Source: a virus. Taken from it: a DNA stretch of 64,000 bases. This document shows positions 29,001 through 38,163 of the stretch, in pieces. Each line of letters opens with the position of its first letter. The stretch's first letter is position 1. The stretch is taken from positions 1 to 64,000 of IMG/VR virus record IMGVR_UViG_3300025073_000036; one strand, 5' to 3'. The notes under the pieces were generated by a model. It was not told the DNA's origin, searched no databases, and was given only the letters and a program-made list of their open reading frames with translations. Made by a program: the position numbers and the translations under genes.

Positions 29001-29615
29001 GTGAGCCGCCACGTCACCATCGCTTTGTTGACCGGTGGCCTGGCGCTGCCCGGCGGCTACGCCCCGGGCATCCTCACCGACCTCGTCGGCCCCAACGCCC
29101 CGGGCGATCCGGTGCGCCCGGAAGTGCCCGGCTTCGGTGAGGCCTTCGGGGACTTCGAGGGCGGGCCGCCCCAGGTGGCGCCCACGATGCCGCACGCGGT
29201 CGTACCCGACGACGGCGGCGTGCGGCTGGCCATCGACCTCGTGGGGGCCATGCCGGGCGTCTACCTCGTGAGCGTGGGCGGGGTCTCCTGTTTCTCCGGT
29301 GTGCCGGGCCAGGGGCCGCGCATCGCCCCCTTCGGCCCCATCGTCAGCGAACCCATCGGGGAAGAGCCGGTGCCGTACCGCCGTCACGAGCTGCGTTTCA
29401 TCGTGCCCGCCGGCCTGCGCGTCGGGCAGCACGATGTCGTGCTCACGATGCCGAGCGGTCAGCAGTTCACGTTCGGCGAGAACGTGCAGATCGTGCGCCG
29501 CCCGCGCCGCTCTCGTGACTACTCGCTGCGCGCTCTCTTCCCAGCCGGCTCATACGGGGCCGGCCGGGGCCACCTCGACCCGGCGGCCGAACCGATCTTG
29601 GAGCCCGCCGAATGA
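29001..29615 (+). CDS. Tail-region protein, possible IPT/TIG-like fold
   Basis: DDGG, LRFIVP..GQHDVVLT. Confidence 0.5.
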   Translation: MSRHVTIALLTGGLALPGGYAPGILTDLVGPNAPGDPVRPEVPGFGEAFGDFEGGPPQVAPTMPHAVVPDDGGVRLAIDLVGAMPGVYLVSVGGVSCFSGVPGQGPRIAPFGPIVSEPIGEEPVPYRRHELRFIVPAGLRVGQHDVVLTMPSGQQFTFGENVQIVRRPRRSRDYSLRALFPAGSYGAGRGHLDPAAEPILEPAE

Positions 29616-30967
29616 GCCAGAACATCAGCCAGCAGAGCACGCAGGGCGGGCAGGCCTGGGTGTACGGCCCTCTGCGGGCGCTGCTCTCCGGCATCGGACA
29701 GGAGCTCACTGAGACGGCCGGCGTCTGGCAGACCCGGCTCGCGCAGGCCTTGCCCCCCGCCGGCCATGCCAATCCCCCGCCGGACGCGCTCTACGCCGTG
29801 GTCGAGACCTGCCACGGCCTGCCAGCCGGCGGCGGGGTACTCGTCATCCGAGGCGAGCGCATCCGATACAGCTCGGTCAACGTGGCCACGGGCGAGCTCG
29901 GCGGCCTCGAGCGCGATCCGTTTGTCACCGAGACCTACCGTCGGGGCGAGGTCGTGGCGCTGCTGCGCGGGTACTCCGACCTCGACCGGGCGCGCGAGGC
30001 GCTGCTCGTCGAGAGCGCGGAGGGGCCGTTCCTGTCGGTCCTGGGCCGCAATTACGGCGTGCCGCGCGTGCTCGACGTGGGCGACGACACCTACCGGCGC
30101 CTGGTGCGCACGCTGGCCTACCAGCCGGGACGCGGCACCCGGGGGGCCATCGACGCCTTTCTGTACGCCGTGCTCTACAACTACGGCCTGACGGGCGCGG
30201 GGAACACCACCGAGAGCGGCACGCTGGTGGCCGCCGCCGGCACCTTCAAGCCCGGGATGCGTCGGCTCATGGTGGACATCGTCACCGACACCAGGACGCG
30301 CCGCACGCGCATCCTGGCCGTCTCCGGCGATGGCAGCACCCTCACGCTCGACCCGGCCGGCTCGCCGCACTGGCAGGCCCACGGGCTCGCCGACGAGGCC
30401 TGCGCCTTTCGTGTCCTGCCCTGGGAAGTGGTCGAGCCCGCGCACCGGGCCTGTACCGTCTGGATTCGCATTCGGGTGGCGCCCCCGACGGGCGAGCTCG
30501 GTTTCGCCTACCTGCAGGGCAACGAGCGCGTCATCCCCGCGCAGCTCGGCGAGATCGCGGTCGCGCACCCGATCCGCCAGGTGCTCGGCGTGTGGCTCGC
30601 CACGGACGCCCGGCGCGAGGGCACGAACTACGCCACGACCAACAACTTCGCCGGCCAGACGATCACGCTCTCGACCCCACTGCCCGGCCTCGTGCCCGTG
30701 CTCGTGGATTACGGCAGCATCTACGAGCCGCCGGAGGCGCCCACGACCGGCATCCCGGGCGACGCGGGGGGGCGGGCCACGGCCGAGCTCCTTTCGGGTG
30801 TGTTCGTGCGCAACCCGGAGCCGGTCATGGTCGACGGCGTGGTCGTGCGTCGCATCGTGCGGTATCCCCTCTATCTCGGTGGGCGCCTGTCGCTGCTCGG
30901 CGCCTTCCTCGACGATCTGACCGTGGCCGGGGTGATCCCTGAGCTGGACGTGAGCCTGTGGACGTAG
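29612..30967 (+). CDS. Baseplate wedge (gpI-like) protein
   Basis: AEGPFLSVLGRNYGVPR...DDTYRRLV...RGTRGAI; C-terminal LTVAGV. Confidence 0.7.
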   Translation: MSQNISQQSTQGGQAWVYGPLRALLSGIGQELTETAGVWQTRLAQALPPAGHANPPPDALYAVVETCHGLPAGGGVLVIRGERIRYSSVNVATGELGGLERDPFVTETYRRGEVVALLRGYSDLDRAREALLVESAEGPFLSVLGRNYGVPRVLDVGDDTYRRLVRTLAYQPGRGTRGAIDAFLYAVLYNYGLTGAGNTTESGTLVAAAGTFKPGMRRLMVDIVTDTRTRRTRILAVSGDGSTLTLDPAGSPHWQAHGLADEACAFRVLPWEVVEPAHRACTVWIRIRVAPPTGELGFAYLQGNERVIPAQLGEIAVAHPIRQVLGVWLATDARREGTNYATTNNFAGQTITLSTPLPGLVPVLVDYGSIYEPPEAPTTGIPGDAGGRATAELLSGVFVRNPEPVMVDGVVVRRIVRYPLYLGGRLSLLGAFLDDLTVAGVIPELDVSLWT

Positions 30968-30977
30968 GAGGTGGCCG

Positions 30978-31451
30978 GTGGCTGAATATTACGAGGCGCT
31001 GGAGAAGATGAAGGCGGGCGAGAAAACGGGGCGTTTCGACATGACGCGCCGCACCGACGACCCGAAGAGCGGGCCGCACGCGGTCGGCTACTGCGCCGGC
31101 TGGCCGGGCGACTGGACGAGCGGCGACGAGGCGCGCGACCGGGCGGCCATCCTGAACGCCTACCGCAGTCTCGAGGCCTACGAGGCATTTTTGCGCCGCG
31201 AGGAACCGCTGCGGGCCAAGTACCACACCGACGGCCACGACAGCGAGGCAGCGGCCGAGGCCTGCCACCGCGCGTTCCGCTTCGACCACGACCTGCACTT
31301 CCACGAAGAGCCGCAGACGTTCCGGCCGTGCGCGGAATGCGGCACACTGACCACCGCGCGCGCAGCCCTCCAGGGCTGCTTTGCGTCCCGATCCGTGCCG
31401 TTGTGTCCGGCGCATCAGGACCGGGCGCAGGCCGAAAAACACCTGCCGTAA
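30978..31451 (+). CDS. Cys/His-rich hypothetical protein inserted in the tail operon
   Basis: AGGAGG SD; VGYCAG, KYHTDGH, CAECG, LCPAH. Confidence 0.65.
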   Translation: MAEYYEALEKMKAGEKTGRFDMTRRTDDPKSGPHAVGYCAGWPGDWTSGDEARDRAAILNAYRSLEAYEAFLRREEPLRAKYHTDGHDSEAAAEACHRAFRFDHDLHFHEEPQTFRPCAECGTLTTARAALQGCFASRSVPLCPAHQDRAQAEKHLP

Positions 31452-31470
31452 CAGGCCCGAGGAACTACGC

Positions 31471-33915
31471 ATGAAGCGGCTGATCTTCAAGCTCGACGGC
31501 CAGCGGGTCGACAAGCCCGACGCCAACGCGATCCACGACCTCGTCGTGAGCGAGTTCCGGCGGCACGCGCGCGACCTCGTGGCCGGCACGTCCGTGCTGG
31601 TGGTCAGCGGCTTCACGGTGGCCCGCACCGGGCCGGCGGAGCCGAAACAGGTGCTCGTCAGCCGGGGCGTGGCCATCGTCGGCGAGCTCAAGGGCGACGG
31701 CTCGCTCGAGCTGGGTCAGGTGCTCTCCGAGGGGCCGGCGCAGATCGCGTACAGCTTCATCGGCAAGGACCCGGGCACCTATAGCGTGTGGGTTGGCTTC
31801 CAGTACGTCGAGGGCGACTCGGCCAACCGGGCCTACCTCGTGGACGTGGACGGCGCACAGGCCGAGCGCGTCGACATGACGCAGACTCGCCTCGTGCCCA
31901 CCTGGCAGGTGGTCGCCACCCTCGACGGGGTGGAGGACGATCCCGGGCCGGCCGGGGCCTGGGCGCGGGTCAAGCGCGTCACCTACGACGGCGGCGACCT
32001 CATCGACGCCGACCTCGCAGAAGCGCGCGACCTCGTCTATGAGGGCCAGGGTGGGAGCGACTGGGCACTGCCCGACTTCGACCGCAACAACAACCGCACC
32101 GGCGTGGCGCTCGGCAACCTGCGGGTGTGGGCCTGGGCGGTGATGAAGCGCCTCGAGGAAGTCAACGGCCGGCGCTGGCACAACAAACCGGTGTTCGGCG
32201 AGAACCTGCGCAGCGCGAGCGCGCAGGTGACGATCCGGCACACCGGAGGTGACCCCACGACCGCGCACTTCACGCTCGGCGACGACGGGAACACCAACCG
32301 GGCCGCCTTGACCCTGATGCTGCTGGCCCCGTCGAAAACGGGGGGCGATCCGCGCCTCGACCTGCTCTTCCTGCCCGACGACACCGACGAGCTGGCGGTG
32401 ATCCCCATCGACAGCTCGGCCGGCGGCGTCCAGTGCATCGGGGCCGTCATGCGCCGGAACATCGCAGGCGCGGCCAACCTGCGGCGCACGGTGGGCGACG
32501 GCGACCTCGTCACCACCCTGGGCGGCAGCGGGTACGTGGGCACCTTCGAGGGCCTGACCTTCTCGGCCTCGGCCGGGGCCGGCGTGCTCTTCCGCTCCAA
32601 CAAGGCCGGCGACCGCCTGGTGTTCCGCGACTGCACCTTCGACGGCTCGGCCGCCGGCTCGCTCGTGGCCCTCGTGGCCGTGGACGCCAACGCCCGGATC
32701 ACCTTCGAGCGGTGCAAGTTCGTGGCCCTCTCGACCACAAAGGGCGTGACCTTCGGGGTCAACAGCGAGGCCGTGGCCACCTTCATCGGCTGCGACTTCA
32801 TCGGCGGCAGCCGACAGATCGAGATGCTGGACTCGCCGAGCCCGCAGGTGACGTGTGCGGGCTGCACGTTCGTGGACGGCACCCGGGCGATCTTCGGCGC
32901 CGACGAGGACCGCCTCGTCCTGCACAACTGCTACTTCGAGAACACGATCCCCATCGACACCCCGGGCATGGTCTACCCGGCCGGCAGTGAGGTGGTCGCC
33001 AACGGCGGCACGCTGGCCGGCGGCATCACCTCCGGCCAGGTGATCGAGACCCGGGGGCGGATCATCTTCTTCGGCACCGGCCGATTGAGCGTGCTCTCGC
33101 ACGACGGGACCATCATCAGCGGCAGCCGGGAGGCGGGCGGGGCCGCCGACTTCTCCGGCCGCTACCTGTACGCCACGGGCGACCGAATCGCTTTCACCAC
33201 GAGCTCGCCGGACTCGCTGCGCCTCCATCGTCTCAACCCGGCCTCTCCGGTGGTCGCGCTGCTCGACACGGCCGGCGACGAGCCGGTCGCCTCCATGCTG
33301 CGCATGTACCGCCTGCTGCTCGGCCCCACGACCGGCACGGGGCTCGACCAGTTCAACCGCAACCTGTTGCCCAAGGCCTGGGGCAACATCCGGCGGGTGT
33401 GGGATGAGGACCCGCCCGGCAGCTCGTGGACGGGCACGGGCGACCGGGCGGCCAGTCGCGCCGGCCAGCTCGGCAACGGCTACTACGAGAGCCGCACCGT
33501 GCGAGGCAACGGGACCGCGCTCACCGTGCGCGGCTATTTCATCGACGGCAGCGGCAACCTGCTGGAGTGGACGCAGGCCAACGGGGCCGGGGCCAACAGC
33601 GGCCCGGACTGCATGATCTTCCGCGTCAGCGGTCTCGGCCTGCCGGACAAGAAGTACCTCGTGCATGCCTGGGTCGAGAGCGACCGGACCCCCACCTTCG
33701 ACCCCAGCGCGCGCATGACGACCGACCTGCCGGGTGTGTTCGTGTGGGGCAAGACGAACAACGAGTTCTACGTCGCGATCTTCAACGACGCGGCGGCCGA
33801 CCCGCGCACCACCGACATCCTGACCTGGCTGCAGGCGGCGACCGAGATCCGCGTGCAATTCGCCGTCCTGGCGATCTGCGACGCGGGCACGTTCGTCAAC
33901 GGCGGGGCGGGCTAA
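31471..33915 (+). CDS. Tail fibre/tailspike with parallel beta-helix (pectin-lyase-like) domain
   Basis: N-terminal baseplate anchor; repeats FRDCTF, FERCKF, FIGCDF, CAGCTF, LHNCYF. Confidence 0.78.
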   Translation: MKRLIFKLDGQRVDKPDANAIHDLVVSEFRRHARDLVAGTSVLVVSGFTVARTGPAEPKQVLVSRGVAIVGELKGDGSLELGQVLSEGPAQIAYSFIGKDPGTYSVWVGFQYVEGDSANRAYLVDVDGAQAERVDMTQTRLVPTWQVVATLDGVEDDPGPAGAWARVKRVTYDGGDLIDADLAEARDLVYEGQGGSDWALPDFDRNNNRTGVALGNLRVWAWAVMKRLEEVNGRRWHNKPVFGENLRSASAQVTIRHTGGDPTTAHFTLGDDGNTNRAALTLMLLAPSKTGGDPRLDLLFLPDDTDELAVIPIDSSAGGVQCIGAVMRRNIAGAANLRRTVGDGDLVTTLGGSGYVGTFEGLTFSASAGAGVLFRSNKAGDRLVFRDCTFDGSAAGSLVALVAVDANARITFERCKFVALSTTKGVTFGVNSEAVATFIGCDFIGGSRQIEMLDSPSPQVTCAGCTFVDGTRAIFGADEDRLVLHNCYFENTIPIDTPGMVYPAGSEVVANGGTLAGGITSGQVIETRGRIIFFGTGRLSVLSHDGTIISGSREAGGAADFSGRYLYATGDRIAFTTSSPDSLRLHRLNPASPVVALLDTAGDEPVASMLRMYRLLLGPTTGTGLDQFNRNLLPKAWGNIRRVWDEDPPGSSWTGTGDRAASRAGQLGNGYYESRTVRGNGTALTVRGYFIDGSGNLLEWTQANGAGANSGPDCMIFRVSGLGLPDKKYLVHAWVESDRTPTFDPSARMTTDLPGVFVWGKTNNEFYVAIFNDAAADPRTTDILTWLQAATEIRVQFAVLAICDAGTFVNGGAG

Positions 33916-34376
33916 CGGCCGATCCGAAGGGATAGATTCCAGGCGCGTTCGAGCTCGTCGGCCGTCGGGGTGTGTTCAGAGCAGGCCGATCCGAGGTCGG
34001 CCACGACCGGCCCCAACGGGTCGAGATGGCCCTCCGGCCGTGGTAGCACCCAGCGAGGCGGGGCGGTGGGCGAAAGCGCCTCCACGGGGCAGCCGAGAGC
34101 CTGCGCGAGGCGTTCGATGGTCACTCGGCCGCGTGAGCGGCCCCACGAGGCCGGCGGCCCCCGGTGGCCGGCCAGGACGGCGCGCAGGGCGCCCAGGTTG
34201 GCCTCCATGGCCTGCGCCAGCTCCGCCACGTCCGTCGGGCGCCCAGGCGTGCCGGCGGCGGCGTGGTAGGCCAGCGCGAGCCGGATGCGCGCCCCGACGG
34301 CCAGCGCGTCGGGATGGCCGGCCGGGGGCGGTCGGTCCGGCCGGGTGGCGCGGGACGGCGTGCGGCCCCTACCCAC
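33912..34376 (-). CDS. XRE-family HTH protein
   Basis: VGARIRLA..VAELAQAM..LRAVLAG..TIERLAQALGCPVEAL. Confidence 0.6.
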   Translation of the reverse strand: MGRGRTPSRATRPDRPPPAGHPDALAVGARIRLALAYHAAAGTPGRPTDVAELAQAMEANLGALRAVLAGHRGPPASWGRSRGRVTIERLAQALGCPVEALSPTAPPRWVLPRPEGHLDPLGPVVADLGSACSEHTPTADELERAWNLSLRIGR

Positions 34377-34917
34377 GGTGCGCCTCTTCCCGGCTGACAG
34401 CGGGCACCATGGGCAGGAAGGCCGCCGAGACCTCGACCCCCACGCCCGCATCGGCCACGGCGCCCAGCGCGGCCGAGAGCCGCCGCCGCACGTTCTCGAC
34501 CGGTTGACGGGTGTGGACGTGCAGCGCGGCCACGGCCTTCGCCACCTCGATCACCCCATCGGACACGTTGCGGATCAGCAGCTCGGTCGGGCAGCAGGGC
34601 CATTCCGGCGTCCAGGCATCTTCCTCATCTTCGATGTCATCCCACACCCAGCGCAGGTCGCCGTCCCGGTCGAGATAGGCGGTCAGGCCGACGGGGCCGC
34701 CGTTCACCACGGCGTAGTACCGGCCCGGCCGGTCGGGGCCGGGGAATGCGCCGGTGGCGGGGTTGGCGCGGGCGACACGGTGGATCTGCGAGGCCGACGG
34801 CCAGCGGTGATCGTCGGCGTGATCCTCGCAGTGCGAGTACCCGTGATTGCCGGGGCCGAAGTCCTGCCCACACTGCGAGCAGGACGTGGCCGAAAAGCGG
34901 GGGGGCGTGCGGTTCAT
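34369..34917 (-). CDS. Hypothetical protein with N-terminal CxxC/HC
   Basis: CSQCGQDFGPGNHGYSHC; GGAGG SD. Confidence 0.6.
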   Translation of the reverse strand: MNRTPPRFSATSCSQCGQDFGPGNHGYSHCEDHADDHRWPSASQIHRVARANPATGAFPGPDRPGRYYAVVNGGPVGLTAYLDRDGDLRWVWDDIEDEEDAWTPEWPCCPTELLIRNVSDGVIEVAKAVAALHVHTRQPVENVRRRLSAALGAVADAGVGVEVSAAFLPMVPAVSREEAHRG

Positions 34918-35165
34918 GGTGCCTCCTGGCAGGACGTGGCAACAAACGGCCGGCCGCCTTCGGGATGGACGACGAGGCCGAACGGGGTATGCACGAGCGC
35001 ATCCCGGCGCAGCGTCAGATCCACCGGGTTGTCGCCGTCGACGGTCTCGACCACGCAGCGGACCCGAAACTCCGCGCGGCCGGCGGTCATGGCGTGCAGG
35101 TAGAAGGCCGCCCCGGCAGAGACGGCCAGGATGAGCGGCAGGTGCTTGAGCAGACGGTTGGCCAT
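34914..35165 (-). CDS. Small membrane-anchored protein
   Basis: MANRLLKHLPLILAVSAGAAFYL N-terminal hydrophobic helix. Confidence 0.55.
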   Translation of the reverse strand: MANRLLKHLPLILAVSAGAAFYLHAMTAGRAEFRVRCVVETVDGDNPVDLTLRRDALVHTPFGLVVHPEGGRPFVATSCQEAP

Positions 35166-35166
35166 G

Positions 35167-35463
35167 TCAGGCCACCGCCCGCCCGGTGGCCTGCGCGGCC
35201 AGCACGCCGAGCGCGGCCGAGGCCGCGTCACGGAAGGTCGCACCCGGGCCGCCCGTGGTCTCGCCGACCTTGAAGTACCATCCCCGGGCGGTCTCAGAGT
35301 GCCACACCCGGGCGAGATCGCCCCGGTCATCGCCCAACCGGTAGAAGCAGGTGAAGCCGACCCGGCGCCCCTCGTTGTCGGTGACCGGCTCGCGTCCGGG
35401 CTCCCATCGAAAGCCGCCGTGCATGATGGCGCGAGGCGCCCTATCCATTCCGAATCGCTGCAT
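35167..35463 (-). CDS. Hypothetical protein
   Basis: ATG preceded by GACAAGGGGAACA. Confidence 0.6.
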   Translation of the reverse strand: MQRFGMDRAPRAIMHGGFRWEPGREPVTDNEGRRVGFTCFYRLGDDRGDLARVWHSETARGWYFKVGETTGGPGATFRDAASAALGVLAAQATGRAVA

Positions 35464-35505
35464 GATGTTCCCCTTGTCCGTCGGCAACGGGCCGACCGAC
35501 CGCCG

Positions 35506-35534
35506 ACACTAGGCGCCGCGCGCCAATGTGGCAA
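35506..35534 (-). promoter_or_regulatory. Leftward promoter with 17-bp operator
   Basis: TTGCCA-N17-TAGTGT; operator TTGGCGCGCGGCGCCTA overlaps the spacer and -10. Confidence 0.65.
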
Positions 35535-35618
35535 ACAAAAAGTGCGACTCTTGAAAAGGCGTGTTAAAACAGTGCGTTGCGGTAGTTGAGCCCGCTGTGT
35601 GTCGCAGGCCTACCTCAC

Positions 35619-35639
35619 TTGTCGCGCGGCGCGTAGAAT
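35619..35639 (+). promoter_or_regulatory. Operator and -10 upstream of the endolysin
   Basis: TTGTCGCGCGGCGCGTA (15/17 match to the 35510 site) overlapping TAGAAT; no consensus -35. Confidence 0.5.
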
Positions 35640-35665
35640 CCGACGCGACATCACGGGGGGACGCC

Positions 35666-36445
35666 ATGTACCGACAGACGCTCACGGTCGCCGACCTGCA
35701 GCAGCTCGGCCTCGAGGCCTTCGACCTCACCGGCCAGGGCACGGACAACCGGGATCGCGAGGCGGTCCCGCCGGGCATCGTCACGCACACCCCTTCGGTG
35801 ACCTTCGCCCGCAAGGCCCTGACCGCTTTCGAGGCCCATCACGGCCGGCTCCCCACGCCCCACGAGCTCGACGCCACGGCCGCCGCTCGCTTCGACCGCG
35901 CGGCCTACCAGCCGGGCTACCTGATCGGCACGGCGGCCGGTGTGTGGCAGCTCGACCTCGACCACCAGCGCGCGCAGCACTCCGGCATGCTGGCCGACGA
36001 CTCGCCGGCCGGTGATGTCTACAAGGCCGGCACCTGGCGCGAGTGGGCGAGCCCTTCGGACGGCTCCGGCTGGCAGCGCCACGGCCGGCCCGGCCACGTC
36101 GTCTACGACTACTGGGATGCGGCCTTCCCGGGCGCACGCTCGCCCTACGACGTGTTCGTGTGGGGCCGCTACCCGAACAACTGCATCGGCATCGACCTCC
36201 TGCCCGATCCCATGACCGGGGCCTACACGGCCGAGCAGCGGCGCACCTACGTGGCCCTCGCCCGGGCGCTCTCCGGCCTGCACGCCTTCCCGATCCGCTT
36301 CGACCGTGTCACCACGCACACCTACGCCTCGCCGGTCGAGCGCGGCACGCAGCGGCTCAAGGGCGGCAAGATCATCGGTGTGCATTGGGACCCGGACGCA
36401 AAGGTGTGGCCGCACGCGCAGGTCGTGGCCGAGGCGGCCTCGTGA
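35666..36445 (+). CDS. Endolysin, N-acetylmuramoyl-L-alanine amidase (Amidase_2-like)
   Basis: GIVTHT, GYLIG, AQHSG, NNCIGIDL, YTAEQ, TTH Zn-amidase pattern. Confidence 0.75.
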   Translation: MYRQTLTVADLQQLGLEAFDLTGQGTDNRDREAVPPGIVTHTPSVTFARKALTAFEAHHGRLPTPHELDATAAARFDRAAYQPGYLIGTAAGVWQLDLDHQRAQHSGMLADDSPAGDVYKAGTWREWASPSDGSGWQRHGRPGHVVYDYWDAAFPGARSPYDVFVWGRYPNNCIGIDLLPDPMTGAYTAEQRRTYVALARALSGLHAFPIRFDRVTTHTYASPVERGTQRLKGGKIIGVHWDPDAKVWPHAQVVAEAAS

Positions 36446-36900
36446 GCGGCCCCGCCGTGCTCGCGCGCCGCCCGGCCGTCTCGACGGCCCGCATGGCCGG
36501 TTACCGGAAGCTGCTGGCCTTCGGGATCACGGCCGTGTGCGCCACCGTTCTCCAGGCGCTCGACAAGTTCGATCCCACGGTGGCCACCTTCCTGGGCACG
36601 GCCCTGTTGACCTACGTGGGCGGCAATGTGCGGGAGCATGCCCACAGGGCCGCGCAGGCCCGCAGCGGCCTCGAGGAAGTCATGGCGGGCACGAGCCTGC
36701 CGCCGCTGCCGACCCGGCCGCTTGCGCCGCGTCCCGGGGTGCCGGCGCCCTTCGACGAGCGCGAAGCGGGCGACCGGACGGAATTCGACCCGGAACGGCC
36801 GGCCGTGGATCGCGAAACGCTCGTGAACCTGCTGACCGACCTCATGGCCGACCGCATGGCCGGCAGACCGAGCGGTCGGCCGGTGGGGGGCGGCCGGTGA
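36442..36900 (+). CDS. Holin-like protein
   Basis: RKLLAFGITAV...TFLGTALLTYVGGNV, two hydrophobic helices, coupled to the endolysin. Confidence 0.65.
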   Translation: MSGPAVLARRPAVSTARMAGYRKLLAFGITAVCATVLQALDKFDPTVATFLGTALLTYVGGNVREHAHRAAQARSGLEEVMAGTSLPPLPTRPLAPRPGVPAPFDEREAGDRTEFDPERPAVDRETLVNLLTDLMADRMAGRPSGRPVGGGR

Positions 36901-37553
36901 ACCTGCTCGACGTGCTGGCCCGGTTCTTCGGCGTTGCGCGCCAGGCGTCAGACGCCGACGAGGCCGACGCGCGCCGCCTCGAGGCCGCGCGCGCTGCCGG
37001 ACGGACGGCTGGGCAGATCGCCAGCGAGGCGGAGGCGGAGGCCAGGCGGTTGCACGCACGGACCGGGCCGCGCTGCCGCGTTTGCGGGGGGACTGGCTTT
37101 CTGCGCGCGCACGTTGACGAGCCTGGGGCGCCCTGCCCGCGCTGCGGCGGCAGCGGCGACGAGCCGGGCGGCCGGTTCTCGGGTGGTCCGCCGCCGGCCG
37201 TGCCGGTCCTGATCGTGGCTCTCATGCTGCCGGCGCAGCTCGCGGCCGCTGCACCGCCCGGGCTGGCCAGCGTGCCGCCACCCCTGCCGCAGCCTCCGCC
37301 GATCTACTGCGAGCGCATGCTCGCCGAGCCGGACCCGCAGGATGCGGCAGGCCTGCAGCGCGTGCTCGTCTGTGAGCGGCTGACGAGCGGCTACCGGTTG
37401 GGGCTCGACGCGCTGGCCCTGCATCGGGCAGAAGAGACGGCGGCCGCGCTGCGCGACCCGCCGAGCCGCCTGCAATGGCTGCTCGTGGGGGCCGGGTTGG
37501 CGGTGCTCACCTTTGGAGCATTCGAGACGTATCAGGAGGTCAACCGGAAATGA
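36897..37553 (+). CDS. Lysis-cassette membrane protein with DnaJ-type Zn finger
   Basis: CRVCGGTG and CPRCGGSG, then two hydrophobic segments. Confidence 0.55.
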   Translation: MNLLDVLARFFGVARQASDADEADARRLEAARAAGRTAGQIASEAEAEARRLHARTGPRCRVCGGTGFLRAHVDEPGAPCPRCGGSGDEPGGRFSGGPPPAVPVLIVALMLPAQLAAAAPPGLASVPPPLPQPPPIYCERMLAEPDPQDAAGLQRVLVCERLTSGYRLGLDALALHRAEETAAALRDPPSRLQWLLVGAGLAVLTFGAFETYQEVNRK

Positions 37554-37858
37554 TGAAGGGCAGCATGGGCGAATGGATACGGTGGCTGCTGGCAGCGGTC
37601 GTGATTCCGCTCGGTCTGATGGTGATCGACCTGCGGGAGACCATTGCACTCCAGGGCAAAGACATCGCGGGCCTTCAGAAGACCCTGACCGAACACATCC
37701 AGGCCGACGGCCAGCGCATCGAAAAAATCACGGAGCGCGGCCTCGCGCAGAACGACAACCTGATCAAGGCCAACGAGGCCTTGACCGCCCTCAAGGAGCG
37801 ACTCGATGACCTTCTCGAAAGCCTCCGGGCATCATCACGTCGCAGCCGGGGAGGATGA
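37550..37858 (+). CDS. Membrane protein with coiled coil (lysis accessory)
   Basis: WIRWLLAAVVIPLGLMVI followed by heptad repeats; AGGAGG SD. Confidence 0.6.
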   Translation: MMKGSMGEWIRWLLAAVVIPLGLMVIDLRETIALQGKDIAGLQKTLTEHIQADGQRIEKITERGLAQNDNLIKANEALTALKERLDDLLESLRASSRRSRGG

Positions 37859-37862
37859 CCTC

Positions 37863-38162
37863 ATGCCGATGGCCGTTTCTCTATTTCTCGCCATGGTCGT
37901 GTCAGTCGTGCTCAGTGCGACCTCGTCGGCCATCACATCGCACGGCCGCAGCAGCCGCCCGTTGTCGGTAGAGCAGGCCCCGGCGGCCACGCCGACACCG
38001 GCCCCGTCCGCGCCGTCGGAACCTCCGGCGCACGACCCGCTCGACATGATGGGCATGCTCACGGCCGAGCTACAGGATCAGGCGTTGATCCTGGCGTTCG
38101 AGACCGAGCGCATCCGGGCCACGCAACGCCCGCCCGCCCGCCGCCGCCCGCCACCGCGCTGA
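37863..38162 (+). CDS. Small membrane/secreted protein
   Basis: N-terminal hydrophobic helix and Pro-rich linker. Confidence 0.5.
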   Translation: MPMAVSLFLAMVVSVVLSATSSAITSHGRSSRPLSVEQAPAATPTPAPSAPSEPPAHDPLDMMGMLTAELQDQALILAFETERIRATQRPPARRRPPPR

Positions 38163-38163
38163 T

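Noticed and set aside
15486-30967. Extracellular contractile injection system or tailocin
   Set aside because: Capsid, protease, neck, replication and lysis genes are present, so this is a phage.
1272-33858. Many long antisense and alternate-frame ORFs (e.g. 1272-4487, 15441-18611, 31465-33858)
   Set aside because: Shadow ORFs expected at this GC content; they are Arg/Pro/Gly-rich, lack motifs and overlap well-supported genes.
31471-35463. Diversity-generating retroelement or invertible fibre cassette near the fibre gene
   Set aside because: No reverse transcriptase, invertase or template/variable repeat pair was seen.
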